42,023 bases of DNA. It comes from Phoronis australis. Its lineage: Eukaryota > Animalia > Phoronida. Under the pieces are notes generated by a model. It saw nothing but the letters and a program-made list of their open reading frames with translations. It was not told the origin of the DNA and did not search any database. The first letter of the stretch is position 1. The number at the start of each line of letters is the position of its first letter. The translations under genes and the position numbers were made by a program. The DNA is taken from positions 1-42,023 of the forward strand of contig NMRA01001187.1 of assembly GCA_002633005.1 (NCBI GenBank), in the 5' to 3' direction. Of this stretch, positions 24,062 to 36,274 are shown piece after piece.

Positions 24062-24626
24062 TTCCTGTGTTCTTAGAAGAACGAGTACGGATGTGTGGTA
24101 CACTCATCATGGTGTGATTTTTTATTATATATTGTCCGAGGAAGGATTTGAATCCATGACTTCTTTGAGTCCAGAACCTTAACTACTTATAAAAATGAGC
24201 CCCATACGCTCAGACTTTGGTCTTTATATTCAGATTTTAACGTTTTTTGGAATATTTTTAGCTTCGATATTTTTCTTGGGTGATTTTCGTAACAGCCGAG
24301 ACGACGGCGGAAATTGATGATAGACTATAGGGTTTGTTGTTCTGTATTTTATATTTAGCACATCATAAACTCATAATATATATATGTCTACTTCTCTCTC
24401 GTTTCACTCTCTTTAAGTTGTCGCCATGGTTCTCTCGTGTACGAAGCGAGTAAAAATGTACACAACGCTGCAATATTTTTTATCGGCTACAAACAGTCTA
24501 CTTTTAGATAATAAATAGATAGATGCTGGTCGTTCCAAGGATTCCGTTGTATAATTAAGGTAATGACTATTGTTGACTTACAAAGTAAATAGAATCGTGA
24601 TAAGCAGTGATTGCTTGCGTTTTCAG

Positions 24627-24785
24627 GTTCTGCTGCAACGAATTGCTTGAAGTGTACTGCAACTGTAGTTGGCGATAAGGTGACAACAGGCAAGGGATGT
24701 GAAGATCCATATGACACGGCAAACAACGACAAGTTCAAGATCAACTGCACGGACGGATGCATGAAAGTACGCACAGAGGCTTCAG
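24627..24785 (+). CDS. Ly6/uPAR three-finger protein, exon 2
   Basis: TTTTCAG acceptor; SSAATNCLKCTATVVGDKVTTGKGCEDPYDTANNDKFKINCTDGCMKVRTEAS; phase-1 GTACGT donor. Confidence 0.92.
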
Positions 24786-25752
24786 GTACGTGGGTTAAAG
24801 CACACTTCGATACTTAGATAGCACTGTTTATGATACCTGAATTCGCATTTGTGCGAGGATCATTGAATTGACGCGTCTCACTGTTCCGACGCCTTCGCCT
24901 TTTTATGACACAACTGTGGTCCAAACAATTTTTGGTCTGAGGTTACCAATTGCTCCCGTGCCATCGTCGTCGCCACTTGCGTTTTTAGAAATCAGCAAAT
25001 ATATGCTCTGTAATTAAAGTTATCCCACCAATGGAAACTTGAAACAGATTAGGTGACGCCCATAATCTTAACTCTACTGAGGAAAGTATTTTCTCAGAAT
25101 CTCGCTGGCCGGTTCGCTGCGCTACGGACTAAGAAGTGAACTTTTGATTTAAACCATTTTAATAGGACAGTGCGGGCTTACACAACGACATTTGAACCTC
25201 GTAGTATTTACCCACGATACTGTAACATCCCGGCGTCAAGCAGTTCTCTGGCCTCGTTTTCTTCGGTACCAATTGATGCCAGCGAAGATTTACTGCTGGG
25301 CTGTGAGCCGCAACTCTGACAGAAGAAATTTGGATTGCCTAAACTTGAGAAGTGTCCGTGGACGCGATATTTTCGGACATGATTTCTAGAATCAACCCGA
25401 TATTTCTAAAGCGAGGCCAATGTAACAAAGTGTTTTCCTATCTCCAAGACAAAGGAGATTTCTACCCGGAATCATACTATTGGTCTCAACTTGTGCCTTA
25501 CTCAGGTGATTTCCGGATTTTAAAGTAACGAACTGTTTGTTCTTTGAAAAAACAAAAATCACTTGTCATCAAATAAGTACCAAATCGACGCCAGTGTAAT
25601 AGTGGTAAGAGGTCTAAATCAATAGGTCACGTGTTGGACAGATCACAAGTTGCGCTTTAAGTTACTGGGACAGTTTCTTACTTTTGCTTTTAACGTAGAA
25701 AAGATCTCTACATTTTTGTTAGACATCATGGTAACTGATATTTTTATTACAG

Positions 25753-25967
25753 CTCTCGGTATCTCCTCTGTTACGTATATGCGTTCCTGTGCATCTAAAG
25801 CAATGACAGCAAAGTGTTCGACAGAAGAGAAGGACGTCGTCGCCGCCAAAAGCAAAATCACAACGTGCTACTGCAGCGGCTCGTACTGCAACAACGCTCA
25901 AAAGATGGCACTGGCATCTGCTGGTTATTTCATTGCTGCTTTCTTTCTGCTGAAATCCGTGGTTTAG
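25753..25967 (+). CDS. Ly6/uPAR three-finger protein, exon 3 (CN motif and GPI signal)
   Basis: TTTTTATTACAG acceptor; ALGISSVTYMRSCASKAMTAKCSTEEKDVVAAKSKITTCYCSGSYCNNAQKMALASAGYFIAAFFLLKSVV*. The spliced CDS is 426 nt (141 aa) with 10 Cys in the mature domain and a hydrophobic C-terminus. Confidence 0.92.
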
Positions 25968-26346
25968 CAGTTATCCTATTTTCACCAGCTCATTTAGTTT
26001 TCTGCTTCATGAAATTAATTTTCCGCGAGCTTACTCAAAACGTGCAACCATCAAATGACTTCAGTTGATAAAGAAGTATTTCAACTGAAGTTCCTAAGAG
26101 ACAAAATCTGCAGAATTTTACAAGTGAAATGTGCAGGTTGTGAACGTAGCAGCATTGTTTAATTTAGCCTCGTATTAACACACTATTAAAATGTGCAGCC
26201 CCTTCCAAATGGTTACGTTAGCAAGACCATAGGTACTGTGGTGCTGAATAAGCGTGTTGACAAACCATGCATTTTTAGATGGCTCTATTTTTTGTATTTT
26301 TTATAATCTGGTTTCGAGCGGTGTACTGTAACGGATATTATAAGTA

Positions 26347-26352
26347 AATAAA
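26347..26352 (+). terminator. Candidate polyadenylation signal of the Ly6 gene
   Basis: First AATAAA I found downstream of the stop codon (about 380 bp); ATTAAA at ~26185 is an alternative. Confidence 0.45.
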
Positions 26353-27164
26353 ATTCTAGCGTTTAACACGTGGCACGGCAATGAGATTCAATAACGCGAT
26401 CGCAACATTACAAAATGGTCGCTTGTTTTTCCCATCACAATCCTGTCTTTCCCATTTTCGTCCGTCTTTCGCATTTTAGGCCCATTTCCTCCCATCGGTA
26501 GGTCCGTCCTTCTCAATTATAGGCTCGAACTTTATATAGGATCTGACGAGTAAATAAATGACAAAATTCTAGTTTTGCAACCTAACTAATCCTCAAACTT
26601 TATTCACAGTTTTGTTGTGACGTCATAACTCGGTTGTTTAACAGTGCTTAATACCTTAAAGTACAAGTTGGAGAATCTCAGATAATCCGCTGTCTTCTCT
26701 GTACTTTAATTGACAAATAACGCTACTGAGACGGCCTCAGATCAGCCACTACAAGAAAGGTTAAATTAGTGGTCAGAATTGTCGGAAAATCTAATAAGCG
26801 CCACACTTTTAATTACGAACGCTGTTCACAAGTATACTTCAGTGTAATCCTACATCGACTAACGTAATCGCCTTTAGCAGGGCCGTAGGAAGCACTCACC
26901 CCCTCCCCCAAAAATTTTCAGGCGTTGGGTTGAAAACATGGGAACCAGCACAGGCATAAACCGGCGAAAGAAAAACACGGCAAAACATGGAAACCACAAG
27001 TGCTGAACGGTGGCCTAGTTATAACGTGCAGATGTTTGATGATTATTATCGTTAAAGAATACACAGGTATTCTTAGAGAGACGCCATCTTTATTTTACGC
27101 CGCCCCAAGCGACGCCTATCGTTCACATGACATAACTACACCACTAACAGCCTGTGCATTTTGC

Positions 27165-28632
27165 CAGGGGCGCTTTATTTTTTGCAGTACAGGTCGTCTA
27201 AACGCACTTGAAAACGTACTCTTTATCAAAAAATTTTGTTATGCGTTTATGAGTGAATTGATTCAGATTTCTATATTCACGTACACAATTTTGAGGGAAT
27301 ACAAAACTATTTATCTAGAGAACCCTCTTTTGCAAAGGATAATGGAGTCATCTATCGCTCTTTTTTCGTAATGTTTTGAAATTTTATTCTGACTGACGTA
27401 AATAAAATTTGGAGCATCGTTTCTGAGAAGTCATCTTGAACACTTACATCAAACGAAATTTGGTCATGTTGTTGTAGCCACTTTTTTGCTTTGAATGCAT
27501 TTTTTGTAATCAAAGAGAAACTGAATTTGTTCAACTAGACTATGGTACGTTTCAAATTCCATTTTAAGTCCTCGGGAGTGACCTCCACTCATAAAAACTA
27601 AACGGGGACGAAGAAAGGGGTGGCCTGAGAGATACGTAGCCTTGCCACTTTCAACTTTAGTCACGTGAAGTAGCAAATCCTTCAAATTGGCCATCAAAAC
27701 CCTATAACATGCTGACACCCAGGACAGCACCGCCAAGGCATTGCCGCCAAAACAACCAAAGCAAGTGAGACTGTTAACAAATAAAATTCAATGGCGTTGG
27801 CTGGAATCAGAAATATAGAAGACTATTGTTTGTAACTTAGACAAATGCAATATCCTCGGTAGTTTCATAACAATATCGGAATGTCGATGATTTCCACGAC
27901 ACGTTGTTTGGAAGTTCTAGGCAAGTTCATTCGATACAGGTGTTCGTGACTTTCCGCTGGACACGTTATAGTGTAGGCCTACACATATCGTTATGTATCA
28001 TGTACACGATTGAAGCGTCACACGGAAATGTACGAACTTTGTATCCAACGAGCTTGTTTGGTATTTGCCTCATTCCATCTTCCAGCCTGCAGTCGGCTTC
28101 GAGAAAGCCGAAAGTAGTCACTGTCTTCTCCACAGACCCTCCCCAGTTGTCTTGGACCCTACACGGTGACGTCAGAGTGTGAGCCCTGAGAACTAGATTA
28201 GACTGAATTGACTTCCATATTTGGAAAGATACCTGTGTTGATACTCCAAGGTCGTAGGAAGCGGAGGGACATGTGCCACACCAGCAATAATTTTCAGGCG
28301 TCCGGATTAAACTGTGGCAACCTGCACAAAGCAAAGAATGACAGGGAAACATGGCGAAGAGAGAAGTCAAACACCAGCGCTTGATTTACCCTTAGAGGGT
28401 CTTGTTATTAGACTGCGCCCTTTTTGCAGCATAGATCACCTAAACGCACTTGAAAACGTGCACTTAATCATTCATGTATTTTGAATAAGGTGAAAAAACT
28501 GTAGAGCAGAGCTTTTGCAGAGCATATTATTTCACCGGATTTTTAAAATCATTGGGACAATTTTAGCGAATGCAAAGCTATATTTCTCCATGGACCCCTC
28601 TCTGGCAAGGGATAATGGAGTCATTTGTTGCC
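27165..28632 (+). repeat. Two diverged direct-repeat blocks (27165-27360 and 28412-28632)
   Basis: Both blocks share TTTTTGCAG...CTAAACGCACTTGAAAACGT and GGATAATGGAGTCAT in the same order. Confidence 0.6.
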
Positions 28633-29225
28633 CTCCTTTTATGCTTTTTTCGATATTGTATATCAAGTGATAAAAATCTAGAAACTCAATTGCGGATCAT
28701 TTTATGTTTTTTTGAAATTGTAGATCATTTCATATTTAGGGGCACAGCTCTTGAAGGAAGCTCTTGTATGGCATTCATGCGGTTACCCTTTTCGTATTCT
28801 TTATTGATAACTTCCTAAGGAAGAGAAAATCAATCATTTGCCTTTGTTTAAACGTTTTTGTGAAACTGTACAACCTTTTATGTTAAAGTGGCATAGGGCG
28901 TGAAAAAGCAGACCAAATTGCATTATCGAAAGTGGTTCTCTGCCACTCAAGCAGAGGTCAAACTGTTCCCCAGGTATTTTTACGGTTTGCTTGTAAAGAT
29001 TGTCAATTTCTGTAGATGACAACGCATTTTCCCATTAGTTTCAAATTTAAGAAAAATCATCTGTCAACCGCTCGTCACTTCGTCAATTTTCTCCCACACG
29101 GCAAGGCACGTCTCCTTATTTGGTGCGACAAGTTAGACGTAGCACACTGACCTTTGATGCAAGCAAAACAATGGCGATTTCAGGCAGCAGCCAATACGAC
29201 TTCTATAAGCACATGCCCGCATATA

Positions 29226-30600
29226 TCAGGTGTCTCAAAAAGTGAGCCTCTTTTTGACAAGTAATTTCTAAGCAACGGATGAATCGATTTTTTAAAAGAT
29301 TTTTACAGATAAACCTAAGGATAACATCAACAGATGTAAAAAAGAGATTTGTTTTCAATTATGCGAGTACTGTCAAATTAAAAACATCAGGTCAAAAAAT
29401 AAAATATCAAATGGAAGATGGCATTTTTCGGTCTATGCTCAATGTGGCATCCATCTTCCTCCACGACTAAACGGAGCCGTTTCTTCCAATCAGAAATGCT
29501 TTTCCGTATTTCTTCCATCGAGAATTCTTCCCATGACATAATTATCCTGTCTTTTAACTGCTGCTCAGTCAATTTGCCTCTCATTCCCCGGCAAACTTTC
29601 TCCTTCAGAGAGTCCCATATGGCATAGTCCATTAGATTACCGTCAGGACTAAGCGGTGGCCAAACATCCTTTTTGATGACCCTAGGTCATCTTCAGTGCT
29701 CGTGTGTGAAGGAGCCCCATCTTGCTGAGACACGTAATTGTTTCCAGGACAAAATCTCCTGCAATCCGGCAGAAGATTTTCATCCAATAACTGCATGTAG
29801 CGTTGATTGTTACATTTGGCTCTATCACTCTGAATATTTGTTTTTCCTTCTCAAGATACTCCAGCGGAAACCATTACTTTTTGGAAATCTGGGCCCGGTC
29901 TCTAATCATTGTACTCGAAACGAACTCAGCTCCTTTTGTGCGAACTTAAGATAATTGGTTATCAGACTGTGCTCGAATATATTATAGTTTATGCATAGGA
30001 GTTTCCAGTTCAAGTTTGCACTTGAAGACCCTTATATTTGTGCTACAAACTCGAGTAAAAACTCGAAATTTCGAGTTCAAACTCGAAATTATTGCTTTAA
30101 TATTGGGTTTACAAACTGCGAACTAAGGGCAATAAATTATCTACGTAAGTTATTATGTACTCGAGTTTAGAATAATAGACACTTATCTTGAGTTCGCCCA
30201 AAAGTAAAGTAGAAAATGCCAAACCTAATTTCGAGTTCCATTTCGAGTAAAAAGATTGGAGACCGGGCCCTGGAAGCTTCACGATAGAGTCGAAAAGGCT
30301 GAATTTCTCGTTTTTGTTTCCCATAAACACAATTGTTTTGGCGATTTCCAGCGATTTCTAGCGTAGTCATTTTCATTAGTGATTCTTATCTCATCAGTGG
30401 CTGAATAGTGGCCATACAAATATCGGCATCGAATTTTTCTTTTCCTTCTAACATTTTGATCTCTCCTTGATGCCCACATTCTTTTAAAGGGTTTTATCTC
30501 CAGTTTTTTGTCATTCTTTGCACAGAAGACTTGTTTACCTGTAAATCGATTGCAACTTCTCTCAGAGATTTGTGATTACCCGAGTTGAAGTATGTGTCAT
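29226..30600 (-). mobile_element. Degraded Tc1/mariner transposon (DDD type, maT/rosa-like)
   Basis: TA|TCAGGTGTCTCAAAA terminus. The minus strand gives HTH HKSLREVAIDLQVNKSSVQRM, NRQNNCVY, KVMVSAGVS, QQDGAPSHT, WPPLSPDGNLMDYAIW and KRLRLVVEEDGCHIEH. A MITE interrupts it. Confidence 0.88.
29892..30269. mobile_element. PIF/Harbinger MITE (CTG TSD) inserted in the mariner ORF
   Basis: CTG|GGCCCGGTCTCTAATC ... GATTGGAGACCGGGCC|CTG. Removing it rejoins ...YREAS-RFPK... of the transposase. The interior is rich in ACTCGA motifs. Confidence 0.88.
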
Positions 30601-30764
30601 TGACAGCACGATTGACTAGTGGAATAATATACAATTTGCTTGCATAATATACTAGAAATATGCTGAATAAAAAAACAACAAAGCTGAATGATCTCTGTGA
30701 ATGTGCACATCGACTGTATGAAAATACTAGGTTATCTGACAGTGTCTAGCAAGCACTTTAAGAC

Positions 30765-31712
30765 TTCTTCTTCAGCGTTCCCAGCCATGTAGCTTAGATA
30801 GTCAGTCTGGTCTTTTGAGCGAAGTCTGCAGTTCGCCGCAATGATGCCGTCCGGCCCCACAGTATTAGCTTGAGTTCCACAGGACCGGGCCATGTCTGGC
30901 GCCTTAGGGTATCGAACGTAGGGCAGCTCTGCAGTAAATGCTCAGGTGTCTGGGGACCAGTGCCACAGGGGCACTCATCTGTGTGAGAGATTTTCAGGCT
31001 ATGCACGTAGGAGAGCAGCTTGCAGTGGCCTGTTCTTAGCCTAAAGATATTGACTTGTTCCTGCCGGTCAATGAGCTGGTGGATATAGTCTTCTTCAGAC
31101 CCCAGACGTAGGCGTACCGTCCAAGCATTCTGAAGTGACTTCGTAGGAGGGTTTTTACTTCTCCATATGATGACGGGTGCGACGTCTGCTCCAGTTTGCT
31201 TCCTGCCTTGGAGAGTCTGTCTGCTTCCTCGTTGCCGCTGATGTCGCAGTGGGAGGGGATCCATTGCAGCACAATAGTGGTTTTGCTGCTGAGAATGCGC
31301 GTCTCGTGCTTGACGGATTGCAGGATCTGGTCTCTCTCTGTTGTCTGGAGGCTCTGCAGAATAGATCGGCAGTCTGTGAGGAAGACTGTCTGATCCGGGT
31401 GCCTCGTTTGTTGGTTGAGTGTCTGGGCTGCGAGGTACAGTGCATTTGCCTCAGCTCTGTAGTTGGTGGAGTGAAGGCCTGTGGCAATGGACTTGCGCAC
31501 AGTGCTGCCGTCTGGGTATTTGATGAATACACCACCTCCCCCATTTCTGACAGCATTCTCTGCAGAGCCATTTGTGAAAACTCGGGTCCAGGTGGTGGTA
31601 GGGTAGTCTCTGTCCAGGGTTTCTAGGCTGAGGGCCTTCGGGACTTCCTCCAGTTGCGTATGCTTTGCTTCAACCACAGGGATGTCGAGAATTATGGGGG
31701 GAATGTCCAGTC
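30765..31712 (-). mobile_element. 5'-truncated RNase H-encoding LINE (I group; Ingi/Nimb-like) with a (GAA)n tail and TAAGAC TSD
   Basis: RNase H motifs VFTNGS(DGS), NYRAE, FLTDCRS and LQWIPSHCDISGNEEADRL; after one frameshift, RLRTGH...CPCG...TPEHLLQSCP. TTCTTCTTC at 30765-30773; TAAGAC at 30759-30764 and 31713-31718. Confidence 0.92.
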
Positions 31713-32304
31713 TAAGACAAATACATGACAGTGGTTAAAGTATGTACTTGCTATGACTAAATCACCTAATAAAATTCACAATTCACACTTTTTAACACAA
31801 AAATATAACAAATAACGGGGTTTGAGGCAAAAGGTACCCGCTCATCCAAAACCTTTACGACACACAGATGGCGCTTCTCATCAATCCCGTGTCATTTTAT
31901 CGCTGAGGATCTCAAATAAGACTGTCTGCCAGCACCTTGACCTACATTCTGCTGCTGCTGACTGTAGCCACAGGTCACGAGAGTTCATGAACCAGAAAGT
32001 GTATGTCCCGATGAGTGGCGAATTTGTGTGGAAAAGAAATTTTTGTGTCCGACATTCCATGTTTAAAACCCCTTTTGTAATAACTATTTATAACATATAA
32101 TTAAGATGAAAGTGTTCAAATAATCTACGCTGTTGTGGTTACTCGGCCTAAATGCTGGGGTAAAATATATATTCAATGAACGTGACCATGGTGAGGCGAC
32201 ATATAAGTTGGTCAAATAAACCGATTTTTGTTCTTCAATCGTCTAGTTTTTGAGCGAACTTATTGGTCAGTACTTGAACGCTCACCCGATAAACTCCATA
32301 TCAT

Positions 32305-34096
32305 AGACCCTATTCACGCCGACAGGAGGCGCGTTCCAAAACGAGGCTCGCTACGATAGCTCTGTTAGCTTATTATATCGGCATAGGAGTCTGTGTTTCA
32401 GTCCGTGTTGTTCCCCGAACGGCTAGAAAAAATACGTACACGCTTCACAATCTCTAAAGACGTTTAGATTCGGAAGCGATGGGTCGTTGCCATACGCCGA
32501 CGAAGCAAAATATGTCCGTGTAAAATAAATGTTTTCGAAAAGTTAGGTCATATTTTGTCTCATCTCGGTCAGTTGTCAAGCATCATAGTAACGACCAGAG
32601 AATGGGCCAGCCAATGAGGTTGTATTTTCATGACTACGGATTTAGGGGGGGGGCACTAAAATTGTATCAGATCCCATTTTTGAATTCGGGTGCGAATTGC
32701 TGACTAGCACACGTGCGCAACCAGGGGGTCTTGGGGGTGAATAAACAACGCATAGGCGCTGAATGAACCCCGTTTACCGTCTTTTTTAGTCAACAGGTCC
32801 GCAGACCCAAGAATTCAAGACCCCTGCATCCCCAGATTTTAGGCTGGGCTCGCGCATCTTCCGAAATGTTGCTTATTCCTGTGCCTGCCCCCCCAATTCA
32901 AAATCCTGGATCCGCCCCTGCTACGGGTTGAAACATTATAATTTTTCTTTCCAAAAAGGACAGAGCCCTCAATCCCTCAAATTTAGGGCCCCATATCGGC
33001 CCTATTCCCCTCTCAAAAATATTGAAATATCACGCGAAATTCCCCCCATGAGGCATAAAAATTCCCCTAGTGAAAAATCTCTCTGAGTTCACATAACCTG
33101 TAACCACACAGGTGATAATTTTTAAGAGCACAAAAGGCTACTTTAAAATGAGACAGAGGCTATGAGAGCTTGCAACAGGGCGGGGGTGCTATTGATGGTG
33201 ATCAGGAGGTAGACTGTTCCCGCCCTCACTCGGTGAAAAAATCGCCTCTCAGTAGGCACTGGCACCTTTCCCCTCGGATGAACGAGGTTCCTGCAGAAAC
33301 ATGATAACTATGATTTCATTGTCCAGTTAACTGAAATTGAGTTCTAAAAACGAGGTTACGTTTTGGACGAACGAATTAGGTGTTTTAATTTTAAAATTCA
33401 ACTTGGTCCAAATTGATACTTGAAATCTAACACATGAAATAGACGTAAGAATTATTACAACCAAGAAAGCATAATTGATGGTCAAATAATTTTTATTTTC
33501 AATTACGAGTCTGGTTTATTATTTTAATAAAAAATATATTTAATAACATCAATTATTCTTTTAGATCAATGACAAATCAACTGTTAGTCCCAGGGAGTGC
33601 ATAGGATCAGATTATGCTTGATTTTAACTGAATATTCTTGATCAACAAATTAAACCAGATGTCACTAATTGCACATGACAGCCACCACTGTCGAATATGT
33701 CTTCAACTCGTCAACAATACGAGTTGATGACCTGGTCCGCGTAGAAAGTATTTTGATCAACAATTTACAAGAAAAAAGGTAACCCTGCATTCAGCATAAT
33801 ACCTAATCCGTAACACTACGATCGCCGCAATTTGGTCATATTTACTTTTCATGTTTCGAACCTAGCTTTCCGAAAAAAATTAAACCCTTTCGTCAGACAA
33901 CTCTTTGAAGCCTTAACATGTTCTCTAATGTAATTTTCTACGTCTGTGTGGTTTAATTGTTGACACATTATTAAAATTTAATATCCAGGTTGGACTCGAA
34001 AGACCGGCTATTTAACTCACGCAATGTCTACTTTCGCTTTGTTTATCGCAGTGGGCCTCGCTTTGGATTTTAATGTCCGCCGCGTGAATAGAGTCT
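32305..34096 (+). mobile_element. ISL2EU-like non-autonomous DNA transposon with a THAP remnant
   Basis: AT|AGACCCTATTCACGC ... GCGTGAATAGAGTCT|AT (15-bp TIR, 1 mismatch, AT flanks). A THAP-like RFTISKDV*IRKRWVVAIRR lies at ~32440-32500. Confidence 0.65.
32629..32920. mobile_element. hAT-type MITE, itself containing a diverged CATGCG-family MITE (~32710-32858)
   Basis: CATGACTACGGATTTAGGGGGG ... CTGGATCCGCCCCTG; the inner element reads CACGTGCGCAACCAGGGGG ... TGGGCTCGCGCATC. Confidence 0.55.
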
Positions 34097-35729
34097 ATAA
34101 ATCATTTCACCATACCAAAATTAATCCTTTCTGTCAAAAATGCATAAAGAACTTTGATAATTCACTTTTAGCTGTTACATAATTCCCCCAGTGTTGACAT
34201 TAACTTTTCTGACGGGTATTTTTCTGTCAGAAGTTTGTGCCAAACTAAACCTAAGTGTGTGAGGTGAAATTTATCTTACAATTTGCAGCCTACAATGTTG
34301 CAATCCTGGAAGCATGAGCCTGGTTGCCACCTCACCAGCTTTTAAGGTGGCTACTAAACCGCACCCGGCGAGATTTTGGCAACTCAACAACCACAATTTT
34401 AATTGGCTTGAAATATAACCACTATATTTTTTAAACTTTGCTTGAATTATACATGGTGAAATACATGTAAGGTTTTATTCTCTTGCGATATTTTCTTTTT
34501 CATTCAGTGTCTCGTTAGCCAACAACAGTCCAGCAGACCGGACTGGCCGTGGCACGGCAGCTGATGGTTCACCAAGTAGAAACGTCTGTAATATTTTATG
34601 TTCTATCAACACTAAGGCAAAAGAGAGTGGTTTCAACTCATATAGTATCTATTTAACGATCTGAACCAAAAGTACTAGCATGCATTAGCATGCACTATAT
34701 CAAGTTGGTGGCCATGATTAATAACAGCTGACAGTATGAACAAAGAGTGAAGAACTGAGCTCATCATGTTACAACGGAGATGTGACGTCAGCAGCTGTAG
34801 AATGTAGGTCAAGGTGCTGGGTCAAGATTCAGTTCCCACAAGAATGTCACATGACTGTGAGCAGCGCTACCTGTTAGTAAAGCATCATTGCATCCAGCGT
34901 CATCTGTTTGTCGTAAAGGTTTTGGATGAGCGGGTACCTTTTTGCGTCGCTGGTTCCCTACGTGCCTAGCCAGCATGCAGGTATCACGTGCTATAGCATT
35001 GGTTAGCTTTACAACACCGTGAAAAAATGGCGGACTGTGAACGATTTTTAGCTTTGTCATGCAAGTGGCGTCGCAGCAACTATTTCGTTTCTGCAGTGAT
35101 GTTTGATAGCCGCATGCTTGAAGCAAATACATGTACAATAAACCGTGCGTTATTCATACTGTATGAATACAGGACAGTATCGTAAAGAAAAGTCATCGAC
35201 AGCAGAATGATGCACTCCGAAAAGACGCAAACACAATTTCTAGGATTCACATTTCCTGCCTGAACATGAATCTTAATTCGGCAGGCCAGGCGGTCGGCTC
35301 CGCCGGCTAGCAGCGTATACGAATATTTCTGGCTGAGTGGGAATTATTCCTTTTACTTTAAACTCATTAATACTTATATTATACCATTTGGCACAATGGT
35401 AAGTTTTCTACCTGAAGTTATTTCGCCACCAAATGGTATTCTCTAGGCAGTCCACAGCCGCCGTAGAGAAGTCGCGTCTAAATTTATTTTCCACATATAG
35501 GCAAGTTTAACTGTCAGGATATTCTAACTGTATAGCAATTTTATTCAATAATTTGATGTTGCCTGTTCGTTGTTGTGTTTATACTTTTTGTTTACCAGAG
35601 TTATTTAAACCCACGCATAGCCTAGCCCGCCATAATCGGTCCGTTGTTATTCAATCGTTGTTGCAGGACTGTCACTAGTTCATAATTATCCACAAGTGCC
35701 GGAAACTATATTTGTATGTATACGGCAGT

Positions 35730-36221
35730 CATGATTTGAACCATGTATTCTGATAAAACAGCGGGGACGGCATGCCTTCGTCTTTTATCAGTGCGAGTGG
35801 TCTCGATCGGACTGCACCGGGTCATCGGCTGCAAATCCGAGCCCAGCAAAATGATTTCTGTCAAAATTCATTTTGCCACTTTTTGTAACATTTTGAGTAC
35901 AAATTGTCCCTACATTTTGGTTTTAGTAAAATTGAGTTCCGCCGTCGATTATTTTATCCCCCTTAGCAGGCTGGTAACAGACTCTGCTCAAGTCGCACAG
36001 CCGGCGTATACTTAGCCTGGGTTCCTGAATGAATTGTACTTCCGGTTTCGCGGTTAGTTCAAAATGGCGGTGTGATCTCCGGGTCGGAATCGTGAGTGAC
36101 GCGTTTATTTAAACTGTCTTCTACTACGGATTGTGTATTGATTATGGGATAATAACTGCATGGCTCATTAGAATGTCTTCTAACCATCTAATAAGGGTTA
36201 AAAACGTGTGCTTCTAGGACT
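35730..36221 (-). mobile_element. Kolobok-type element end (family C), inverted relative to 927-1410
   Basis: Ends AGGACT|TTAA (36222-36225); its reverse complement is colinear with 927-1410. Confidence 0.65.
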
Positions 36222-36274
36222 TTAAGTACACTGTAACGAGGTGCCACCTTGTGGCGAGTGCAAGTGACTGACGG

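Larger units (their letters stand above)
31824..34945. repeat. Pair of inverted, diverged repeat copies (31824-31962 and 34786-34945)
   Basis: AAAAGGTACCCGCTCATCCAAAACCTTTACGACA and CAGCACCTTGACCTACATTCT are present on opposite strands. The second copy lies downstream of a TTAA|GGTGGCTAC Kolobok-like start at 34346. Confidence 0.65.

Noticed and set aside
31155-31626. Overlapping 138-149 aa ORFs in alternative frames
   Set aside because: They are shadows of the GC-rich RNase H coding sequence.
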